Shown here piece by piece: positions 27,786 to 37,386 of a stretch of 55,165 nucleotides of DNA (within the stretch, counting starts at the first letter, position 1; every line of letters begins with the position of its first letter). The notes under the pieces were generated by a model. It saw only the letters and a list, made by a program, of their open reading frames with translations. It ran no database searches and was not told the origin of the DNA. The position numbers and the translations under genes were made by a program. The stretch covers positions 62,001 to 117,165 of the forward strand of contig MEDY01000039.1 in NCBI GenBank assembly GCA_001724265.1, written 5' to 3'. The DNA is from Rhizaria sp. SCN 62-66. Lineage: Eukaryota.

Positions 27786-30700
27786 ATGTCCTACGGCGTT
27801 AAGAGCGAACCTGGGCTGCTGCAGGACCTTCCACCTGCGCTAGAGCCCTTCGACCGCTCGAAGCCGCTTGGACACGCCACTCCCGTCGCCACTTCTGCCG
27901 CTGCTGCTGTTGTTGGGACTGGGACAACCGCGACTGATGTGGAGATCTTAACACTTTCAACCGACCCAGCCAAAACTGCCACTGCTCAGGATCCTACACA
28001 CACGCAGCAGCTTTTTCCCACTGCAGCGCAGTTGCAACATGATGACGAGGAAGAGTTCAGCAGCAGTCAGGTGCCGCCGCCGTTAGAGGACATCCCGGAT
28101 AATGAGCCGCCCTTTTCACCACACAGTATTGCTACAACGGCAACGCCATACACGCCCGCTACTACTGCATCTACGGTGTCAACCACTGACAGCCGCGGCA
28201 GTAGCTATGGCAGTGCACTGAGCCATACGCATGCGCCTGCAGTTACAGCTGATGCTGAGACTGTTGGCAGTGTCCGTGCACTGTCACCGTTTCCGTATCA
28301 GCAAAACACGTCTGCTGCGATTACAAATAGTGACATGACTGTGAGCATCACAAGCTCTAGCTCTAGTTCTAGTTCGAGCTCTAGTGCAGCACTTGAAGCA
28401 GAGAGCGCTGGGATCGCGTGCCCCCGCTGTACTTACATCAACCAGATCCCGTCCAAGGGCCTCGAGTCCGCTGGCCTCGCCCCAACTAAGGGCTCTAAGG
28501 GTGCTGCTGCTGTTGCTGCTGTTGATGCGGACTGTGCGGTGTGCGGGGCGCGGTTGCCGCGACGCACTGCCACAGCTGCCGCGGAGAAGCTCCTCAATGC
28601 CAAACGCACACAGAAGAAGAGCAAAGACAGCTACAGCGGCAGCAGCAGTGCGGGAGCAGGTCGCGTGAAGCGTGAGGGCGGTGCAATGAAGAGCGCTGAT
28701 GGCGATATCTCAGACTCTGACTTGTCATCATCCTCGTCATCTTCATCTTCGTCGTCATCATCGTCGTCATCGTCCGACTCAGACTCGTCAAGCAGTGGCT
28801 CTAGTTCAAGCTCAGCCTCAGACAGCTCTAGATCGAGCTCGAACAGTTCTGACTCTGAATATGCCTCCGACTCAGACTCTAACGCGAACTCGCGCCGCAA
28901 AGGTAAAGGTAATGCTTAGTCCCGGTCGACAGCAAAAGCAACTGCCAAAGGGAAGGCCACAGTCACTCGCCGTACCCGCGCCGCTCACGCTAGCGCTGCC
29001 GCTGCCGGATCTGCCGCTGCTGCAGCTGCCACAAAGACAGAGCATTTGAGCTCAAATTCGAGCTCCAGCTCTAGCTCTAGCGCAGGTGCCACTTATGTGA
29101 GTTGGAGTATTGGGGTCTGGGATGAAGAGGACGGTGACGACAGTCAAAACCGTCGTCCTAAGCAAGAACCCCGCAGTTTCACCGACGAGCATCAGTATCA
29201 GCCACAGCATGAGCAGCGGCTTAAGAAGAGCCGAGGCAGTAACGGCCGTGCATGCGACGATGACGAAGGCCATAGCGCTCACAATAGTATCATGATTGAC
29301 GATGACGACGACGATTCACTGATTTTGGGCTCAACACACGGTGCAGTTCTGCCTCTCAACAGCAGCAACAGCAACAACAGCAACATTAGTGCGAGCGGCG
29401 CTATCATCGGCGTCGACCCAAGCTTAACTTCCGGCGCAGGCGGCTTCACTTCCCGCGCGCAGCTCACCCGCCAGCGCAAGCGCACAGCAGAGCTTTTGAC
29501 CGATGACACTGACGAAAGCGCATTTGTTGAACGTATCCGCGGTCCCCGTGCTGGCCGTCGCCCTTTTCACCATATTCAGCAAGAGGAACAGCAGCAACAG
29601 CAGGCGGGTGAAGGGCAGAAGAAGCTCGGAGCCGCTGGTGAGCCGGAGTTGTGGCGATTGGCCACTCCGCGCGAGCCCGGCGTTCCAGGGACTCCACAGG
29701 TACGCCGACACATCTTTGCCTCTAAAACTAATATCAACCCGACTCAATCACGAAAAGCTGATTTTAAACCAAATTTAACATTTACCTCTTGTTTATTTTG
29801 TTTTCTCTTTGTTTTGTGACAATCTATAGTCAGATGACGTGCACTTACCCTCATCCGCGGCCGACGGCTCTGGCTCCGGTCTGGCCGTGCCGGGCGCTCT
29901 CTGGGACGCTCTGCTGCCTCATCAGCACCACAGCCTCTGCTGGCTGTGGGAAATCCACCAGCGCCGCACGGGTGCCATTATCGCCGACGAAATGGGTCTC
30001 GGTAAGACGATCCAAGTTTGCGCTTTGCTCAACGCGCTCGAGTACTCGGCACACGTGGGCGTGCGTCCCATGCGTCTGCGGCCGACTCTGATCGTGTGTC
30101 CGGCGACACTCATGTCTCAGTGGCTGCTCGAGCTGCACCTGTGGGCGCCGCAGCTGCGCACGGTGGTGTACCACGAGTCCGGACGCTCGCGCGCCACCGG
30201 TTCCGCGGTACTCGCGGCTGCGGAGCGCACGGTGGAGAGGCACGGAACACATGCCGTCGTGATCACGAGTTACCAGATGGTGTTGCGCCACGCGAAGGAG
30301 CTGCTGCAGCAAGGGTGGAGCTATGTCGTGCTTGACGAAGGACATAAGATCCGTAACCCGACTGCGAAGATCACGCAAATCATCAAGAAATTTAACACCC
30401 CGCGTCGCATCGTACTTACAGGCTCACCGATTCAGAACTCACTGAAGGAACTCTGGTCACTCATGGACTTTGCAGTGCCCGACCGGCTCGGTACGATGGA
30501 AGTCTTCGAGGCTGAATACGCTTCTCCCATCAACTCCGGTCGGTTTAGCAACGCATCTGACGCGCAGATCCACCGAGCCGTTAAGTTAGGCCGCGACCTG
30601 CGTGCGTTAGTTAAGCCGCACATGCTGCAACGCCTCAAGGCTGAGGTCGAGCTCAACTTGCCCGGCAAGACTGAGGACGTTGTGTACTGCGGGCTGACAC

Positions 30701-33700
30701 AGGCGCAGTATGATGTCTACACAGCCCTTGTCAACGGCGAAGACGTAGTGCGTATGAACGCTTTGACAACTTCTGTCACATTGGACGAAGTCGACGACGT
30801 TGACGACGGACAAGGGTTACTCTCAGGCTCGGATGCAGACGATGACGAAGAGGACGCGCTTGACGATGATGATGACGATGATGATGACGACGATGACGGT
30901 TTCGAGTACGACAATGCATACCGCCAGCAAAAGCGCCGGAAGAACGTCAAGAAAGAGCCCCAGAACAAGCAGTCTAACTCTAACGCGAGTTCATCGTCTA
31001 GATCAAGTTCTGTGGCCGCTGATAGCAGCAGCAACAACAGCACTGGCAGCAGCAGTGGCAGCAGCGACGGACAACCGCGCCGTGTGGTGACTCTGAGCTC
31101 GGACCCCAGCTTCTACGCCGACGGCGGCCGCCGGCCAGACTCCAAGGCGCAGTGGGATTCCCGCCGCAATTTGACCGGGTTTGTCCGCCACAGGCGTGAC
31201 ATGCTCTCTCGTTTACCGCCGGGGCTCGCGCGCACCGCCGCGGTGAACGACGAAACCGGACTAGGACGGCTTTTCTCCGCTATCACAGCGCTGCGCAAGG
31301 CGTGCAACCACGCTGACTTGGCGCTCGTCGGGCATGAAGAAGTCGACCGCGAAGTGTTGCGCGCGCGTGCGGTTCGCGACCGGCAGAGGAGCGCTGCGCT
31401 TGAGATCGAGAAATTCGGTGAAGTCGTGTCGCACGGCTTGAAGGCTTTCGCCCCCACTTCAGGCGATTCGGCGACAGCCTTGGGCAGTTATCGTGAGTCG
31501 ATGAACGCGGCGACCGGTGCAGTGACGCGGCATTCCGGTGACCGTGTGTTCGTCAGCACGGATGCGCGGCTTAAGTGGCGCCAGGACCAAGAGCAGGAGC
31601 GGCGACAGCGCGTTGCTGACGCTGACGCTGACAGTGACGCTGAGAACGACACTGCTGGTGGTGGCGATAGTAAGCGTCGTCGCATTGCGCCCACGGCTGT
31701 TTCAGGGCTGGGCCGTGGTAACTCGAACCCGTGGGCCATCAAAAGCGAGCTCAATGATGACGACGACAACAACAACGACGATAATGACAACGAGAATGAT
31801 AGCCGTGAGCAGCAGCAGCGGAATGTTCAGCTCCGCGCCCCCGCGTCTGCCATTGCAGTGTCTAAGTCTTTACCCGCTGTGCGCAACGGCCGTGACGCGC
31901 GCATCGCTAACATTGCAGACTACGGCGCCCCTGAGCGCTCTGGCAAGCTCTTGGCGCTGCTGCATTTCCTCTCTCTTTGGCACCAGCAGGGCCACCGCGT
32001 GCTCATCTTTACTCAGTCACGCCAGGCACTCGATATCGTCGAGCGCGCGGTTGTCGCGGCGCGGTACATCTGTCTCCGTCTTGACGGCACGACTCCAGTC
32101 CGCGCCCGTATCCCGCTCGTAGCGCGCTTCAACCGCGATCCTTCCATCTTCTGCTTTCTGTTGACGACAAAAGCCGGTGGACTGGGTATCAACTTGACTG
32201 GCGCCGACCGTGTAGTGATCTTCGATCCAGACTGGAACCCCGCGACCGACGCGCAGGCCCAGGACCGCGCGTACCGCATCGGACAGCGACGCGAAGTTAA
32301 GGTCTACACGCTCATCACCAAAGGCACCATCGAGGAGAAGATTTTGCACCGACAGCTGTTCAAAAAGGCGCTTGCGTCGTGCGTTGTCAAGACGAACGCC
32401 ACGGGCTCTGCCGCCACCAACGCCGCATCAGGCGGGTCCGCAAGCGCAATGGCCGCCGCCCGCGAAATGGCGCAACTGCGCCGCGCGATGTCGAAAGACG
32501 CGCTGCACGAGCTTTTCCTCCCGCCGCCGCCGCCGCTCACTGCCGCTGCCATTGCGCGTATGCGTGTGTATGAGCGCTCAGCAGCGCTCGCAGTGCGCGA
32601 ACCGAAGCGAAACGGGGCGGGTTCTGTCTCCGCTAATAGCAGTGGCGTCGTTGTGACGACGACAATGGCGGCTTCCGCGAGGGCTGCTGCGGACGCTGCG
32701 TTGGACGCTGACGGTGCCTCCGCCGCCGCAGGTGAAGCTGTGACCGACGGCGCTCTTGTCGTCGAGCGTCAAGCTGCGACGTTGTCTCCTGAAGCTGCCG
32801 CTGCCGCTGCTGCTGCCGCCACGGCGCCGCGCAACGACGCCCTGTTGATCCGGGAAATCATGAAAGAGCGGCACAACCGCCGTGAAGCCGACGCCAACAA
32901 CGGCAGCGCAAGTGCTGCGACCGGTGGAGATGACGGTGAGCCGCAGCATATCTTCGCGCGGTTGATGCAAATGCCCGACGAAGACAGCGCCGGCAACAAT
33001 AGTGGCAATGGAGATCTGGGCTTTAACGTCTCGTCTGTGTCAACTGCTGAAGCTGCTGCTATCCGCGCTGCCAGGGACGCCAAAGAGCGTTTAGAAGCCT
33101 CTGCACGCATGCGCCGTATCGCGCGCATGGAGGAGGCACGCGGCCAAACTTCGGACAAGGGCGCCTCAGCTTCGGCGAGTGGAGCCAAACAACAACAGCA
33201 ACGTCCCGGTGCCAAACCCGTCCCTGGTCGTCCCGTAAACGGGAGTCCCGGTGCAAATGGCACTGGCGCTGGCTCTAATGCTGCCGGTCAGGGCCAGAGG
33301 CCGACTGGGCCATACCGTCCTCCGACCGCTGTCGTGCAACGGCCCGCAATGACTGAGCGTGAGGCCGCTGATGCGTTGTACGCTCGCCACTCTGCGCCAT
33401 CTAAACAACGTATCGCGGAGATTCAGCTTGCGCTCGCGACGAAACACGCGCGCGCCGCTGCCGCTGCTGCCACCGCCGGCAACGGCAACGGCAACGGCGG
33501 GGTTGCGACCGGTGTGCCAGACCACGTTGCACAGCGTGCGCGCGCCGCACTGGCTGCGAACATCACAGCGGCTAACGCGGCGGCTGCGAAGGAGAACATG
33601 GCCCGCGCCGCCGCCGCTGCGAAGGCAGCGGAAGCGCGCGCCAAGGCTGAGGCTGAGGCGGCGGCGCGGGCGGCGGCGATTGAGGCCGCGCGCTCTGCCG

Positions 33701-34783
33701 CTGATGAAGCTGTTAAGGAAAAGCAGCGGCTGCGGTTAGAACAAGCCCAACGTCAGTCCCTCGCGGCACTTGGCGTGACGCGTATTGGCCAAGCGCAAAA
33801 CAGCAATAACAACAAGTCTCAGGCGGCGGATAATCTTGCTCGCGCTAGTGCTGTTCGCGGTGGTGGTGATGATGACGTGATTGTGCTTGATTCATCCGAC
33901 GACGAAGCTTTCTCAGCTACAACGTCTGCGTCTGCGGCGGCAACTGCACCGCGTTACAGCAGCATTCGCCCCGAAGCAAGTGCGAGTGACGCGTCACTGG
34001 CTGGCCTGAAGCCCCCATCCGCCGCTGGGGCGATCTCTGGCGGCAGCTCAGTCAGCGCTGCGACAGCGAAATTGCCGATTATGGCTTCTCTCATAGTGCC
34101 TGCAGCGGTGACGGCGAATATGTCCAAGTTCCTCGGCGCCCCCGCTTCACTGCGAACGACTGCTGGTGACTCCTCGCAATCCCAGCCGCAGCCGCAGCCA
34201 CAAACGCTGCAGTTGCAGGCTGGTTCGCAGTCAATCACAGTGGAGACGCAGTCAGTGGCGGCGGTCACTCAACAAGTGTTCGACGCACAGCAACAACAGC
34301 AACAGCAACAGCAGCAACAGCGTGGGTTTGCGTCGAAGCAAGTGTTGCAATGGGCTGCTGCGCAAGGCCAAGGCATCAACAATACAGCCGGCGCTGCACA
34401 GCAGCCATCTGGAGCGCAAACGCAGTCGGGAGCAGCTCTGCAGACGCATGCGCAGCGCATGCATGCCGCTAAGGTGCAAGCCCGTCTGCAATCGCAGGTG
34501 GTGCAGCCACAGTTGCAGTCGCAGGCTCTGACTCAGGCTCAGGCACAGGCGCAGTCGCAGTTAAACCAAGTGCGCGCTCAAGCGCAAGCTGCACTTGCCA
34601 CCTTCGCCCCTGCTGAAGCACTCCAACAACAACAACAACAGCAGCAACATCAGCAGTTGCAGCGGCAGGTGTTGTTGCAGCAGCCGCAACAGGCGATTCG
34701 CCGTGTCAGCGACGACCCTTCAGCCGCGGTTGCGGTGACTGTGGACCGGCCGGCTCCTATTGATGCTCAGTACATTGCGCAAC

Positions 34784-34830
<47 letters not shown>

Positions 34831-34875
34831 CAACAGCAACATGAGGAGGAAGCGCAAGAGCCTGATTGGGCGTAA
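27786..34875 (+). CDS. ERCC6: CSB/ERCC6/Rad26-family SNF2 DNA translocase. Exons 27786-29699 (in-frame TAG at 28917-28919) and 29830-34875; ~2,319 codons if the TAG is bypassed; alternative start ATG 29292
   Basis: Motifs IIADEMGLGKTIQ, LIVCPATLMSQW, VLDEGHKIRNP, LTGSPIQNSLKELWSL, LRKACNH, RSGKL, WHQQGHRVLIFTQSRQ, GGLGINLTGADRVVIFDPDWNP, GTIEEKILHRQLFK. The 27786 and 29046 ORFs are in the same frame, and the intron joins them in frame to the helicase ORF. The helicase identity is firm, the 5' end is not. Confidence 0.85.
29700..29829 (+). other. ERCC6-like gene intron (130 nt, phase 0)
   Basis: CAG|GTACGC ... T-rich tract ... AATCTATAG|TCA; AT-rich; frame-preserving. Confidence 0.9.
34786..34839 (+). 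repeat. Coding polyglutamine tract (CAG)13 CAA CAG CAA CAG CAA (Q18) at the ERCC6-like C-terminus
   Basis: Read directly from the sequence. Confidence 0.95.
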
Positions 34876-35489
34876 AGATAATCTCACTGGCCAGAAGCAA
34901 AGTATTATGTGATCATTTTTACAAAGTCTAATATAATTTACATTAGTTCATCAACATTCGCAATAAACTCATCTCATATTAACCTTTAAATAGAGTAAAG
35001 AAGAAAGCTTTGTATGAGAGTATTGCACGAAGAACACACTGACACAAAGAAGGTCTTAAAAGGAGTGGTGATGATGACAAGAGCAAGCCAAAGAGCCCCA
35101 CAGAAACACCACTGTTCGTATATGGAGAGCAGCCACAGGAGTTGCAGCGAAAAGAAGCTGAATGAACGATGTAGATACGAGAAACAAAGGATGCGTGTTG
35201 CGTTGAGAGAGCGCGTGTTTTCACAGCACCATAAATAAAAACACACTATCACAACGTTTCCCTACACTAAACACACAGATCTACATCTCAATACGCACAG
35301 TGATGCGACTATGAAGACTTGTTTTCACTCAATTGTCCGTCGTTCAGCTCAGTTTCAGAAAAAAACCGACACTGAGAAAGAGAAAGAGAAAACACAACAC
35401 ATGGAGTGAGTAAGCACATTAGTTACTAAAAAACGCATACACAGCCGACGAATCGACGATATACAACGTTCATATAACGGTTAAATTGC

Positions 35490-36654
35490 TTACTTCTTCT
35501 GGGCAGCGTAGAACTCGTAGCCCTTGGTGATCTGCGAGATGAGGTCGGGGACCATCTCCTTGACGAGCTTCTTCTCGTAGTCGTTGCCGCGCGCGCCAGT
35601 GTCCTCGATCGACTCAACGCCCTCCTTGCCGATGGTGATGGCGGAGGCGAAGAAGTCAGTGCCGTAGGCAGCCTTGGCGACAGCGGAGTCGACGTAGGCG
35701 ATCTCGGAGACCTTCTGGCCCGCGAGGCCCGCGAGCACGGACTCAGTGAACGCGGCACCGGCAGCGGCCATGGACAGGGTGGCAGAGCCGCCGCCGGCCT
35801 TGGCCTGGACGACCTCGTCGCCGCCGAACATGACGCGGTTGGTCACGGCGTCGAGCTCCTCCCCGGCAGCGAAGTTGGGCTGGGGGGTGGCGAGGGAGAA
35901 GAGGGGCACAATGGTCTTGCCGGCGTGGCCACCGATGACGGGGACGGAGACAGCCTTGCCAGCCTTGCCGGCGGCGAAGGTGTTGGCGCGGAAGATGTCG
36001 AGGGTGGTGACACCGTAGAGCTTCTTCTTGTTGTAGACGCCAGCGTCGGCGAGGACGCGGGACCAGAGGGGCACGACGGAGTTGACGGGGTTGGAGATGA
36101 TGAGGAAAGACGCCTTGGGGCAGACCTCGGCGCACGCCTTGGCAAGGTTCATGTTAATGGTAGCGTTGACGTTGAAGAGGTCATCGCGGGTCATGCCGGG
36201 CTTGCGGGGAACGCCGGCGGGCACGACGACGACATCAGCGCCCTCAAGAGCCTTCTTGAGGTTGTCCTGGCCGCCGTAGGCGTCGACCTTGACAGAAGTG
36301 GGGATGTGGGAGAGGTCAGCGCCGACACCGGGGGTGACGGGAGCAACGTCAAAGAGGGAGAGGGAGGTGATGTTGCCCTTGGTGGACTGCTTGAGGAGCA
36401 GGGACAGGGGCTGGCCAATGCCACCGGCGGCGCCGACGACGCACACGCGGAAGTTGCGCTGGGCAGTGAAGAGGACCTAAGATATGATTAAAGAAGTACA
36501 CAGACGTATGCATGAATTGTGAGATTGGGGATTTGAGAAGATTTAGAGCGTTAGAAATGTGCCGAGAGGCAGGGTCAGATCAGAGGGTTGATGAGGGACG
36601 GGTGCGGAGAGATAAACGAACCTTGGCGGAGGCCTTGACAGAGCGGCTAAGCAT
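35490..36654 (-). CDS. MDH2: Mitochondrial NAD-dependent malate dehydrogenase, 339 aa. Exons 36622-36654 and 35490-36476
   Basis: VVGAAGGIGQPLSLLLK, GVGADLSHI, PAGVPRKPGMTRDDLFNVNA, ISNPVNS, GVTTLD, VPVIGGH, GGDEVVQAKAGGGSATLSMA. Splicing adds the presequence MLSRSVKASAK-VLFTAQRNF. Confidence 0.96.
36477..36621 (-). other. MDH intron (145 nt, phase 0)
   Basis: AAG|GTTCGT ... ATCTTAG|GTC; frame-preserving. Confidence 0.88.
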
Positions 36655-37386
36655 CTAAAACTTCATTAGGGAAAAAGAAAAACAGCGTAGATTCGGAGCA
36701 GTGATGTGAGCGCCTGCGTTCGTGCGAGATGAATATAGATTTAAGGGTTAGAGGAGTTGGGATGGCAGCCAGATTGAGCGGACATTGAGTGCCACCCAAG
36801 AACAAGATTTGTGGAATACCAACAACAGATATCGCACACACAAATAATTGTGCAAGTAGATGCATTCCTTAAACACCGATACCGAAAAAAAACGTTGTCT
36901 CAAATACTCCGTGCGTTAAGTATAGCCCGATTTAACTTTGCATCTCGACCCACAGCCATGCTCGTTTCGGTCGTCAGCAACCGCGATTTTTTCTTCGCTT
37001 TTTCACGAACCTGGCTGAGTCCAACTGCAAGCCAAAGTTTAAACCCATCGGCAGGCATTCCACCGAGCCCAATGACCTCTAGATGAGTCCAGCTAAATGT
37101 CTAATTCAATGTCCAAAGTTAATCTGAACGCTTATATTTGGAATTGCTATTCATTTTTATACGGACGATCGAAGGACGATGTATGAGCAACTTTTGTCCA
37201 ACTCCATGACGGTTACCCGTTCTAACTTCCCATCTCTCACCCGCCCTATCTCCTGTCCTTTGTATTTTTTCCCTGCGCAAACCGGTTGCGACAGCAACGT
37301 TATCCTTTTAAAACACACCTTGCACATCACTAGCAGAGCTTAAAAGACCTGTCTCGCCCCGCGCCAGACACCAACACGCAACTCAG
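36655..37386. promoter_or_regulatory. Divergent promoter region MDH / CFAP65
   Basis: 732 nt between head-to-head start codons; contains ATTCCTTAAACAC (36864-36876) and the palindrome-like GTTGCGACAGCAAC (37285-37298). Confidence 0.65.

Noticed and set aside
27786..29819. Treating 27786-28919, 29046-29819 and 29839-34875 as three genes
   Set aside because: The first two share a frame with no UTR-like spacer, and a clean GT-AG intron joins the second to the third.
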